From assembly GCA_030835345.1 (NCBI GenBank), contig JAURPH010000012.1, positions 623 through 64,622 on the forward strand: DNA of 64,000 nt. The letters run 5' to 3'. Below are positions 9,177-20,989 of this stretch, in pieces. The DNA comes from Thermodesulfobacteriota bacterium. Lineage in GTDB: Bacteria; Desulfobacterota_D; UBA1144. The notes under the pieces are model-generated. The model was not told where the DNA came from, did no database searches, and saw nothing but the letters and a program-made list of their open reading frames with translations. Both the position numbers and the translations under genes were made by a program. The first letter of the stretch is position 1. Each line of letters starts with the position of its first letter.

Positions 9177-11072
9177 CTAAAGAACTTCTTCTAAATCGAC
9201 AAATGTTAGATTTATAAAGTCTATAGAAGAAAAGCGAATGCTAATTTTATCATTTCGACTATATATTTTTCGACATAAATCTTTACCAATAGAATCGTAA
9301 AAATTAAAACTATTAAAATAAATAATATATGAGCTTTTTAATTCATTATAAACATACACATCAACCTCTTTGATTTTAGTTTGATACATATACTTAAGAG
9401 CCCAATATTTATACAATTGTTTAGCTTTATTTCTTGAAATATCTGATTTACTACTTAATTTAATCAAAATTTCCTCAATATCTCTATTAGTAAACAAAAT
9501 ATCTTTAGATTTTAGATAAAAATCTAACTGTCTCATAATTATTGAATCATAATATCTTCTTATAGGGGAAGTGAATTGTGTGTAAAAATTTAATCCTAAA
9601 CCATTGTGGGGCCCACTATCAACTGATACATCTAATTGAGAAACATTTCTAAAAAAGCTGAATTGCGGACTTGTATCAAAAGTATCAATAATTAGGTTTT
9701 TTGATTCCTCTTGCTTTCTATATATGCAAGGAATCTCATTATCGAACATATATTCAGCAGCTTTGGAATTTGCCAAAATCATTAATTCTGCAACTATTTG
9801 ATAAGACTCTAAATTGTTCTGCTTTATTTTTAGATTATTATTTTCATCTGCTAAGATAGTTATGTCTTTGTTAAACTCATCAAAATCTGCATTTTCAATC
9901 CTAATTGCTCTTTGCACCCTTGCAAACTCAGCAATTTTTGTCAACCTAGAATCGTTTGTAAATAAATATTCTGCTTCACTATAAGAATAATTTTTGTCAA
10001 TTAATATATTATTATTTTCTAAATGACTTGCTTTAATTTCATATTTATCATTCGTTATAAAAACAATAGAAATGACACTTCTTATTTTGCCCTCTTTAAG
10101 AGATAACTGATCTATTATTGGTAAATCATATAAATTGAAGTTTTCTAAAGGAGAATAAATACTTTGAAATCTATTTCTTGCTTCTAAATCTGGATTGGAA
10201 CCATAATCAAAATATTCTGAAAAGTTTGTTATATGAACAGAAATTTTTAATTCATTGTCCATTACCTCTATTGATAAAGCATCATCATAATCTTTTGTTG
10301 ATTCATCATCAACAGTAAATGCTTTTGAAGTATTTGCTGTTGAAGGGTTTACTCTATTAGGCAATTTGTAAGTGAAATTATTATCTAGCCCTAACTTGCT
10401 GTTAATAAATGAAGCTTCTTCTAAACAAATATTATTATTCACTAAATGATTAAAAAGTTCATAATCATTCTCAAAATTTAATCTCTTTTTAACTTCTAAG
10501 ATAAATCTTTTATTATATTTTTTCTTACCTAAAAGATAGCTTTTTAACTGATCAATTTGATTCTTATATTTGTTAATATTTATTTGTGCTTGCTGAAACA
10601 ATAAATCTATAAACTCGGAATTTAGACTGGCATTGTTCTTTTTATCCTCTAAATTTTTACTGATTTTCCTTACAACTTCATCACTGTTTATATACAAATT
10701 TTCTGAAGCTATAATTTTAAAATAAACAATATCGTCATTGAAGGAATCTAGAAAAGATTGTGCTCTTTCTACATTATTTAATTTAAAAAAATCAGTTGAT
10801 ATTTTAAAAAATTCTTTCAAATTAATTGTCTGGAATTGACCATAAAGCTTCTTCCATAATAAAAACAAACTTATTTCTATTGATTCATTATTCGAGGAGA
10901 ATTCAATATCTTTAAAATCATAAATTAAATCCTTGAAGCCAAAAGAAATTTTCTTTGAATCTAAAGATATAGCCTCATAAGTTCTTCTTTTTTTATCGAT
11001 GGAGGAAATTAATCCTATAATTAATTTTGAATTTTTGATGAATATAGAATGGTTTTCTATATTGGTAACCAT
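9177..11072 (-). CDS. RNase II/R-family 3'-5' exoribonuclease (RNB domain)
   Basis: RNB catalytic motifs TKDYDDALSIE and GPHNGLGLNFYTQFTSPIRRYYDSI. The N-terminal ~240 aa are not recognisably canonical. Confidence 0.8.
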   Translation of the reverse strand: MVTNIENHSIFIKNSKLIIGLISSIDKKRRTYEAISLDSKKISFGFKDLIYDFKDIEFSSNNESIEISLFLLWKKLYGQFQTINLKEFFKISTDFFKLNNVERAQSFLDSFNDDIVYFKIIASENLYINSDEVVRKISKNLEDKKNNASLNSEFIDLLFQQAQININKYKNQIDQLKSYLLGKKKYNKRFILEVKKRLNFENDYELFNHLVNNNICLEEASFINSKLGLDNNFTYKLPNRVNPSTANTSKAFTVDDESTKDYDDALSIEVMDNELKISVHITNFSEYFDYGSNPDLEARNRFQSIYSPLENFNLYDLPIIDQLSLKEGKIRSVISIVFITNDKYEIKASHLENNNILIDKNYSYSEAEYLFTNDSRLTKIAEFARVQRAIRIENADFDEFNKDITILADENNNLKIKQNNLESYQIVAELMILANSKAAEYMFDNEIPCIYRKQEESKNLIIDTFDTSPQFSFFRNVSQLDVSVDSGPHNGLGLNFYTQFTSPIRRYYDSIIMRQLDFYLKSKDILFTNRDIEEILIKLSSKSDISRNKAKQLYKYWALKYMYQTKIKEVDVYVYNELKSSYIIYFNSFNFYDSIGKDLCRKIYSRNDKISIRFSSIDFINLTFVDLEEVL

Positions 11073-11076
11073 ATTA

Positions 11077-13304
<2,228 letters not shown>

Positions 13305-13365
13305 CTTTTATCCTTATAGAATTAAATTTTGTAAAATGATATCTTTAACATGAGAATTTAGTTAA

Positions 13366-13885
13366 ATGCTGTCAAGAATCAAATCACTTTTTTTCATTAT
13401 AATACTACTTCTTACTCTCAACGAAGCAAATGCATCATGTGTGAATGGTGAAGTGAATCATACAATGAACTCTGACGGCATGGAACTTAATTTCTGAATT
13501 AAAATACAATATTATGGTTGCACAAAGTCTTGAACTATCCCCTTATTTTGCAGGAAGATATGCAGAAAAAATACAAGATGGATACACCGAAGAGGAAGTA
13601 ACTGTTCCGCTAACATATAATGATATTAAATATAAATCTGTATCTATCGTTGGCGGATTAAAATTCAAAAAGAATTTTGGTCATAAATTTAATATATTTG
13701 GAAGCAGCGGGGTTGAATATGACATCTATCATGATATTTCAAATTTAAAGCCAACGGGCATCTCTGGTATTACAAGTGTAGATTTAAGTAAAAACTTTAA
13801 TAGGACTAGGCCTGTTGTTTCTTTAGGATTTAACTTTAATATTACAGAACAAAGAATATTAAGGTTAAATGCCCAATATGAATAA
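13366..13885 (+). pseudogene. Frameshift-split remnant of an autotransporter-like outer-membrane beta-barrel protein
   Basis: A 43-codon ORF encodes a signal peptide (MLSRIKSLFFIIILLLTLNEANA) and stops at 13497. A second frame is open from 13469 and encodes a beta-barrel-like C-terminal piece (LSPYFAGRYAE...GGLKF...SLGFNFN...LNAQYE). The combined 520 nt is not a multiple of 3. Confidence 0.45.
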
Positions 13886-13953
13886 CTTTCATACAAAGGT
13901 ATGTCAGAAAAAATCTTTATTTAAGTGATAACATTGGGTTCTAATATTTCTTG

Positions 13954-14297
13954 TGGAGGCGCTGGGAATCGAACCCAGGTCCGAAAATTAGCTAAATAAG
14001 AGCTTCTACACGCTTATTTTAGCTTTATTTTTTAAAAACATTCCCAAAGCTGAAAAAAAGAGAATATCTCGATCTTCTTAAATACTAGAAAAGCTCAAGA
14101 AGCCAACTTCTTTTCTAGTCTCATATTGTTTGCATTAACTAAATCCTATGAGAAAAAAATAGCTAATGTTGCTGCACTATCTAGGCAGCAAGTTGATTGA
14201 TTGGTTCGGCACTTATAGTGCTTTTGCCAGTTTAACGAGTTAGCTCTCGACATGCTACTCTTAAATGCTTAATCATCGTCGAAACCAAATCGCCCCC
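13954..14297 (-). ncRNA. ssrA: tmRNA (one-piece SsrA)
   Basis: 5' GGGGGCGATTTGGTTTCGACG pairs with 3' ...GGTTCGATTCCCAGCGCCTCCA, including the G3:U pair. The tag ORF GCC GAA CCA ATC AAT CAA CTT GCT GCC TAG (14181-14210) encodes AEPINQLAA. CCA is not encoded. smpB lies directly upstream. Confidence 0.93.
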
Positions 14298-14329
14298 AAA
14301 GACATTATTGTAGATGATTTTTTACTAAT

Positions 14330-14782
14330 TTAAATGCTTAATTTTGATTTAAAGTCTCTACGAATTTCTCTATTCAAGTCTTTTTTCTTAATATCAACTC
14401 TTTTATCATAAAGCTTTTTCCCTTTTCCTAGGCCTATTTCAATTTTTACCAAATTCTTTTTAGAGTAAACTTTAGTTGGAATTAATGCATATCCTTTTAT
14501 TTTAACTTTACCAATTAGTTTCCTTATTTCAGCTTTTCTTAAAAGTAATTTCCTATCTCGAGTCTCATCATGAGTAAAAAAAGAAGAATTGGAATATTTA
14601 GGTATGTATGAATTTACTATAAATAGCTCTCCTCTTTTGAGGAGAACATAACTTTCTTTAATGCTGTATTTTCCTTGCTTAATAGATTTAACTTCGGAAC
14701 CCAAAAGAGAAACACCTGCCTCAAAAAATTCTTCAAAAGCATAATTTCTAGAAGCACTGGGATTAGTTGAATAGACTGGCAT
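14330..14782 (-). CDS. smpB: SsrA-binding protein
   Basis: ASRNYAFEEFFEAGVSLLGSEVKSIK matches the SmpB N-terminal consensus. 150 aa, adjacent to ssrA. Confidence 0.93.
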   Translation of the reverse strand: MPVYSTNPSASRNYAFEEFFEAGVSLLGSEVKSIKQGKYSIKESYVLLKRGELFIVNSYIPKYSNSSFFTHDETRDRKLLLRKAEIRKLIGKVKIKGYALIPTKVYSKKNLVKIEIGLGKGKKLYDKRVDIKKKDLNREIRRDFKSKLSI

Positions 14783-14785
14783 ATT

Positions 14786-15760
14786 TTAAAATAAAGTCAT
14801 TACTCCAAAAGCAGCTGTAATAGTGGTAAGTGGAGCAAGATCTTCTTGAGTTTCTACTGCATTTTTTAATTTTCTCACTGAATTTAATGCATCATAATAA
14901 AGTCTATCATCGTTTACAAGCTTCCCCAAAGTACCTTCCCCAGAATTAACTTTATCAACTAGCTGATTAAGATTGGCCGATAAATCATTAATAGAGTTAT
15001 ACAGGGCATCATCATTTACAAATTTTCCTAATGAACCTTCTCCGGTTGCAACTTTTTGAGTTAAGTAATTTAAGGTTTTCAATGTCTTACTTGCTTCATT
15101 ATATATTTCTTCATCATTAACTAACATTCCCAGGGTTCCTTCTCCGCTGTCAATTTTCTGAGATATGCTTGAGAAAAAACTTAAACTTGTCATTAACTCA
15201 TCATATAGTTGTGGATCATTAACAAGCTTTCCTATACTACCCTTTGAATTTGCAATGCTAGCTACAACATTATCTAAATTAAAAAGTATTGAATTTATTT
15301 TGTCGCTATAACCTGAAAACTGGTCATTAAAAAGTTCAACAGTTTTATCTAATTTTGACAATAATGAATTAAAACTTGGCGATGTTATTGACTCTAGTAT
15401 TCCACCCTCTTCTAAAACTTTTGAATTTACTGAACCAAAAGTAATACCTATATAAGAACTTCCCAAAAGACTTGTCATATTGATTGAAGCAATTGAATCT
15501 TTTTTTAGTATTACATCTTTGCTAATTGATAATTCAACTTCAACTCTATTTCCAGCCAAAGATACCTTTTCAACTTTTCCAACAGACACTCCAGATAATC
15601 TAACATCACTTCCAGTCCTTAATTCACCTACAGATTCAAAATAGGTTAAATATCTTTTATCGTTTTTAATTAATGATACTCCGGAAACAACTTCAAATAA
15701 TACTAGCAAAATTATAATCCCTAGTATAAAAAACAATCCCATCTGAAAATTTTTATTCAT
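14786..15760 (-). CDS. MCE/MlaD-family lipid-transport protein, long form with C-terminal repeats
   Basis: N-terminal TM helix and MCE core (GSDVRLSGVSVGKVEKV). Four ~34-aa repeats of G-EG-[ST]LGKLVNDD-LY. Hydrophobic C-terminal tail. Confidence 0.85.
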   Translation of the reverse strand: MNKNFQMGLFFILGIIILLVLFEVVSGVSLIKNDKRYLTYFESVGELRTGSDVRLSGVSVGKVEKVSLAGNRVEVELSISKDVILKKDSIASINMTSLLGSSYIGITFGSVNSKVLEEGGILESITSPSFNSLLSKLDKTVELFNDQFSGYSDKINSILFNLDNVVASIANSKGSIGKLVNDPQLYDELMTSLSFFSSISQKIDSGEGTLGMLVNDEEIYNEASKTLKTLNYLTQKVATGEGSLGKFVNDDALYNSINDLSANLNQLVDKVNSGEGTLGKLVNDDRLYYDALNSVRKLKNAVETQEDLAPLTTITAAFGVMTLF

Positions 15761-15784
15761 ATCATTTTATTATACATTAATAAT

Positions 15785-16495
15785 TTATTTAAGAGGGTTA
15801 ATAAGGGGATGATCAAGTCCTCCAATGCCTTGTCTATTGGTAGTTAATGTTATTTTCCCATCATCTAAAATCGAAAGTGTATCAGCTATAGATTTTGCGA
15901 ATGCTACATCATGAGTAACAACTAATTGTGTAATTTCCTTTTCATTCTTCAAACCTAAAATTATATCAGAAATTATTTTTGTATTTATTTGATCAAGTTC
16001 AGCAGTTGGCTCGTCATATAATAATATTTGTGGCTCAATCATTAATGATCTAGCAATAGCTGCCCTTTTTCTCATTCCACCACTCAAATCAGATGGTATT
16101 TTTTCCGAGGAGTCTTCTAGTCCTAAGTTTTTTAATATTTTGTTAGCTTTAATAAGTCTGTCATCTTTAGTGCCAATATTTTTCTCATCTAAATACAAAG
16201 TTATATTCTCAATAACTGATAGTGAGTTTAATAATGCTGAGAATTGAAAAACATAGGAAATGTTAAATTCATCATCTTTTTTAATATCTTTAAGATTCTT
16301 ATTATTAATTAAAATTTCTCCATCATCAATTTCTATTAAGCCCATTAAAGATTTAAGTAAAACGGATTTACCCATCCCTGATTTTCCAAGAATTACATGG
16401 ACCTTATTTAACTCAAACTGGTGATTAAAAGAATCCAAAACTCTTTTCCCGCTAAAAGATTTATTTATATTTATAAATGAAATATTTCCTTTCAT
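15785..16495 (-). CDS. mlaF: ABC transporter ATP-binding protein, MlaF-like
   Basis: Walker A GKSGMGKS, signature LSGGMRKR, Walker B LLYDEPT. Lies between the MlaE-like and MlaD-like genes. Confidence 0.85.
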   Translation of the reverse strand: MKGNISFININKSFSGKRVLDSFNHQFELNKVHVILGKSGMGKSVLLKSLMGLIEIDDGEILINNKNLKDIKKDDEFNISYVFQFSALLNSLSVIENITLYLDEKNIGTKDDRLIKANKILKNLGLEDSSEKIPSDLSGGMRKRAAIARSLMIEPQILLYDEPTAELDQINTKIISDIILGLKNEKEITQLVVTHDVAFAKSIADTLSILDDGKITLTTNRQGIGGLDHPLINPLK

Positions 16496-16496
16496 A

Positions 16497-17264
16497 TTAC
16501 AAAAGTCCTACCAGTATTAAAAATCTAGTTAGAATATAATCCAAAATTAAAATTGAAATAAAAGATGCGACAACAGACTTAGTTACTGATAAACCAATTT
16601 CTCTAGGGCCACCTTGAGTTATCAGTCCAACCAAGCAAGAGGTTATCGAAATTGTTATAGCAAAGAAAATAGCCTTTATTAAACCTGAGGCAATATCAGC
16701 AAATGTAACCACCTGACTCAAATCTTGATAAAAAGCGCTAAATGAAACTGATATAGATTGATTTAAATTTGAAACAATTGAGCCACCTAGCCAACCTATA
16801 ATATCCATGTAAATAACCAAAAAAGGCAATGCTACCAAACATGCTACAAATCTAGGAAGAACTAAATACTTTACCGGGTCAATATCCATGGTCTTTAAGG
16901 CTGCTATTTCCTCATAAACACTCATAGTTGAAATTTCAGCAGTTATTGAAGATCCAACTCTACCTGCCATAAGAATTGCGGCCATTACAGGTGCTAACTC
17001 AGTACACAATGACACACCTACAATTCCACCAATTTTATCTTGAATTCCATATGAAGATAATTGAATACCAGTTTGAAGGGCTAAGACAGCACCAATGGAA
17101 AGAGAAATAAGAGCTGCAACAGGTAATGTTCTATTTGCCATTTCAAAAAGCTGTGAAAGTATTTTATCGATTGATGATGAAAAAAATTTTAAAGAAAGAA
17201 TAGTTTCCCAAAATAAGCTTAAGAACTTTCCGACATTGTTAAAAAAATTGTAAATTCCATTCAT
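16497..17264 (-). CDS. mlaE: ABC transporter permease, MlaE-like
   Basis: 255-aa polytopic permease of MlaE/YrbE size and layout. Operon context. Confidence 0.82.
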   Translation of the reverse strand: MNGIYNFFNNVGKFLSLFWETILSLKFFSSSIDKILSQLFEMANRTLPVAALISLSIGAVLALQTGIQLSSYGIQDKIGGIVGVSLCTELAPVMAAILMAGRVGSSITAEISTMSVYEEIAALKTMDIDPVKYLVLPRFVACLVALPFLVIYMDIIGWLGGSIVSNLNQSISVSFSAFYQDLSQVVTFADIASGLIKAIFFAITISITSCLVGLITQGGPREIGLSVTKSVVASFISILILDYILTRFLILVGLL

Positions 17265-18640
17265 AGTCCTATAGGAATATATAATATTCGAATTTTAGCA
17301 TCCTCACCAGTTTTAAAACCTAGAAAACCACCTAGGATGTTAAATTCATTTGAGCCTTTGCTTGAGTGATTAGATACTAATGGAACTAGGAAATTAATAC
17401 TGAATTCACTCGACTGGTTAATCTTATCTCTTTCGAACTTAATTAAATTAAACAGAAATGAGGTAGAGGATTCTGATTCATTACTTTTTACTCTTACAAT
17501 AGACCACAGAGGTGACCAAATTTCTCGAATTTTAGTATTTTTAGAAAAGAAACTTTCGATTGGTGCAAAAATTCTAAAATCATATCCATCTTGGTCTGAA
17601 TCAATAGAATAAATTGGCCAGAGGCTTGAAAATTCTCGAATAACTTCATCTTTTTCAATACTATAAAATTTATCTTCTTTATATATAAAAAATAAAAAAC
17701 TTTGAGTAGTAAAATATTCTGAAGCTAGTATTTCATTTTTATACCTATATATTGGCCAAAGAACAAAACCCTTTTCAACATACTCATTTTTAGAATATGA
17801 ATAAATTGGGAAAAATCTTTTACTTTGAATATTTGACCCGCTCTTATATTGGATAATTGGCCAAGGCATATTATAAGTTTTCTGACCAGTTAATTTATTT
17901 TCATAGACATTAAAAAAAGGCCAGAGCCAAGTTCTAGAACTATGTAACTCGGAATTTGAAAACAAATATATTGGCCAATAATTGTTTTCCTCAAGATTGA
18001 CTCCTAATGTTTGATCTTTTTTAAATGTAAAGAAAGGCCATAAATAGAATTTTGATTCTTTTATAGGAAGCAAAGTTTGATTATCTATTTTTTTTGTATA
18101 CCCATATAAAGGCCAAATTTTAAACCCTGATGAATATTTTCCACTTGTTTTTGAGAAAAAAGGCCATAAAAAGTGAGTATTATATGAATTTTTCTTAATT
18201 GTTTTCATATATAAAGGAAAAATAAAATAGTTTATTTCCTCTTTACTGTATTTTCCTTTTATACTCCCAAATAATGGGAATAAAGAAAAATAATTTTTTT
18301 CCTTGTTTCCTCCCCATGTAGCATCCAAAATTGGGAAAATTTCAAACGTCTTTTCAACAGTACTATCATAACTAGTAAAGCTGCTGTACTTTATCAATCT
18401 AAATAATGCATTAAATTGTGTCTGCTGGTTATCTTTTGAATATCCAATTACAGGGTAAACGATATCCAATGAACTAAATTTTAACTCATAATTTTTTTCA
18501 TAGTAGAATATAGGTCTAAATGCATAAACTTTTAAAGAATCTGTTTTCTCATACTTAAATAATGGACCAAAAAAAGTCTTTTCCTTAGCAGAAATCTCAA
18601 TGGAAAGAACCAAAAAAAGAAATATGATTAAGAATCTCAA
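17261..18640 (-). CDS. Secreted tandem-repeat protein ([WF]-P-[ILF]-[FY] repeats), function unknown
   Basis: Signal peptide MRFLIIFLFLVLSIEISA. About 20 repeats at ~17-21 aa spacing (LWPFF, IWPLY, YWPIY, LWPIY ...). 4-nt overlaps with alr upstream and mlaE downstream. Confidence 0.7.
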   Translation of the reverse strand: MRFLIIFLFLVLSIEISAKEKTFFGPLFKYEKTDSLKVYAFRPIFYYEKNYELKFSSLDIVYPVIGYSKDNQQTQFNALFRLIKYSSFTSYDSTVEKTFEIFPILDATWGGNKEKNYFSLFPLFGSIKGKYSKEEINYFIFPLYMKTIKKNSYNTHFLWPFFSKTSGKYSSGFKIWPLYGYTKKIDNQTLLPIKESKFYLWPFFTFKKDQTLGVNLEENNYWPIYLFSNSELHSSRTWLWPFFNVYENKLTGQKTYNMPWPIIQYKSGSNIQSKRFFPIYSYSKNEYVEKGFVLWPIYRYKNEILASEYFTTQSFLFFIYKEDKFYSIEKDEVIREFSSLWPIYSIDSDQDGYDFRIFAPIESFFSKNTKIREIWSPLWSIVRVKSNESESSTSFLFNLIKFERDKINQSSEFSINFLVPLVSNHSSKGSNEFNILGGFLGFKTGEDAKIRILYIPIGL

Positions 18641-19713
18641 GTGTATATCCTCTTAACTCTTTTGCTAATTCCACAAACAATGTCGTAGGGTATAGTTTTA
18701 ATTTCTTTTGCAAGCTGTTTGGCGGATTGATTTATATCATCAAATATTATTACAGGGTCATCAATAGAAACAGATTTAATTCTAGATACATCGATCATCG
18801 TCAAGTCCATACATACCCTTCCTAATATTTTACATCTCTTACCATTACAATAAACATGACCAATATTTGACAACGCTCTAGGCAATCCGTCTGCATAGCC
18901 AATAGGTATAACTGCAATTTTCATTTTCTTTTTAGCTTTAAAGGTCCTTCCATAACTTACGGTATCACCTTTTTCTATTGTCCTTAATTTAATAATTTTT
19001 GTTTCTAGGTTCATAACAGGTTTAAGTTTCTTATTGTCTGATAAACCATAAAGAAAAATCCCGGGCCTTACAGTGTTAAAATATGAGTTTTTAAAATTCA
19101 AAATTCCAGAACTATTTGCTGTATGAATATATTTAATTTTTTTAAAATGTTCTTGGAATTTCTCTACTATCCTATTGAAGGAGTTAAGTTGATTTTGAGT
19201 AAATTGGGACTTTTTATTATCGGATTCTACCAAATGAGTGAATAAGCCTTCAAATTCTAAATTGGAATTATTTTTCAACTTCAATATTGCTTCATCAATC
19301 TCACTTTCATTTATGCCCAACCTGTTCATTCCAGTATCAACTTTTAAGTGAAACTTTACTTTAATCTTATTCTTTATATTCCTTATAAAATTTAGCTGTC
19401 TAATGTCATAAATTGTAAAAGTTATCTTTTTGTTAATAGCTTCAGTTATCTCATGATTTGAAATTGACCCCAAAATTAATATTCTTTTTTTAATTCCATT
19501 GTTAATTAGTTCATTGGCCTCTTGAATATTAGCAACCCCTAAATAATCAATTTTCTCACGAGATAAAATCTTTGAAATTTCCACAGCCCCATGACCATAA
19601 GCATTAGCTTTTACTATTGCAATAATAGAGGTTTTTTTTTCGAGCTTATCTTTTAAATAAAAGAAATTATGATATAAATTTTTTTTACTTATAATAGCTT
19701 TTGTAGGTCCCAT
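18637..19713 (-). CDS. alr: Alanine racemase
   Basis: PLP-lysine motif AIVKANAYGHG. 358 aa. Confidence 0.9.
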   Translation of the reverse strand: MGPTKAIISKKNLYHNFFYLKDKLEKKTSIIAIVKANAYGHGAVEISKILSREKIDYLGVANIQEANELINNGIKKRILILGSISNHEITEAINKKITFTIYDIRQLNFIRNIKNKIKVKFHLKVDTGMNRLGINESEIDEAILKLKNNSNLEFEGLFTHLVESDNKKSQFTQNQLNSFNRIVEKFQEHFKKIKYIHTANSSGILNFKNSYFNTVRPGIFLYGLSDNKKLKPVMNLETKIIKLRTIEKGDTVSYGRTFKAKKKMKIAVIPIGYADGLPRALSNIGHVYCNGKRCKILGRVCMDLTMIDVSRIKSVSIDDPVIIFDDINQSAKQLAKEIKTIPYDIVCGISKRVKRIYT

Positions 19714-19794
19714 TTCTGATAATCTAACACATATAAAGTTAATTCTCTATTTGCTAAAAATACTTAAGATTTATGATATATTTCCTATAACCCT

Positions 19795-20973
19795 ATGTCA
19801 CTAAACAAATCTGAATTAAGAGCAACTCTGGTTGTCAGTTTAATCTTTTCTTTGAGATTATTGGGTCTTTTTATACTATTACCAGTTTTTAGCTTGTATG
19901 CATCAGAATATAACCATTCATCTGCATTTCTAGCGGGTATAGCTATAGGTTCCTATTCTCTCGCTCAAGCAATTATGCAAATACCTATGGGATATCTCAG
20001 CGATAAGTTTGGAAGAAAAAAAATAGTTATTTTTGGACTAATCCTGTTTTCTGGTGGTAGCTTAATTTGCTTTTATGCAAATGAAATAGATGTTTTAATT
20101 GTAGGTAGAATAATTCAAGGCTTAGGTGCTATTAGCTCGGTGGGTATTGCAACACTTTCAGAAAATACATCTGAAGAGAATAGAGCTAGTGCTTTCACAA
20201 TAATGGGTATCGCAGTTGGTGGATCCTTCTTTATAGGTTTTCTTGCAGGTCCTTACTTTGCTTCTTTATATTCCTTCAAATCATTATTTATTCTTCTTTT
20301 CGCATTTGGAATGATTGCAACCTTAATAACATTTCTTTATTATCCAAATGATTTAATCCAGAGCAAAAAATTATCCAAAATAAGTTTTAAATATAATAAT
20401 AAACTTGTTCAAATTTATTTAGGATCATTCTTTTTATCATTGATATTGAGCATCATGCTTTATGTTTTTCCACTAATTTGGAGAGATCTTGGCACATTAA
20501 ATGAAGACCTATTTTTTACATACTTAAAAATATTCTTGCCAGCGGCAATAATAATTTATCCATCAATCAGATTCTTTGAAAAAATTAAAAAGGTATATTA
20601 CGCAATTAATTTGGGGTGGATATTTTTGATTCTTGCTTTTGCAATATACTTATCATTGCCTGCAAGTATTTATTCATTTTATACACTTGGAATCCTTTTT
20701 TTTCTTGGAAGCTCTGTCTTTCAATCATTGTTACCAAGCTTATTATCATTAAATGTATCAAGCGAACTTAGGGCAACTGGGAATGGTCCTTTCTACATAA
20801 TGAATTTTCTAGGGCATGCTGTTGGTAGTATATTTGCGGGTGCTATTTATATGAAGGATTTTTATTTTGGTTTTGATAAAAATTTTCTGATTTGTATTAT
20901 ATGTATACTGCTTATTGTACTATGGAGTTCAATCGGTTTACCAAAATATATAATTAAGGAAAATTCTCAATAA
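19795..20973 (+). CDS. MFS transporter
   Basis: 12-TM profile and GYLSDKFGRKK loop motif of the major facilitator superfamily. Confidence 0.8.
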   Translation: MSLNKSELRATLVVSLIFSLRLLGLFILLPVFSLYASEYNHSSAFLAGIAIGSYSLAQAIMQIPMGYLSDKFGRKKIVIFGLILFSGGSLICFYANEIDVLIVGRIIQGLGAISSVGIATLSENTSEENRASAFTIMGIAVGGSFFIGFLAGPYFASLYSFKSLFILLFAFGMIATLITFLYYPNDLIQSKKLSKISFKYNNKLVQIYLGSFFLSLILSIMLYVFPLIWRDLGTLNEDLFFTYLKIFLPAAIIIYPSIRFFEKIKKVYYAINLGWIFLILAFAIYLSLPASIYSFYTLGILFFLGSSVFQSLLPSLLSLNVSSELRATGNGPFYIMNFLGHAVGSIFAGAIYMKDFYFGFDKNFLICIICILLIVLWSSIGLPKYIIKENSQ

Positions 20974-20989
20974 CATATATAATATTAAT

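Noticed and set aside
13305-14329. Genomic island or integrase at the tmRNA locus, and likewise at tRNA-Arg (30598) and tRNA-Lys/Glu (62169).
   Set aside because: No integrase, excisionase, phage genes or direct repeat of the tRNA/tmRNA 3' end was seen nearby. Only the decayed OMP remnant lies beside ssrA.
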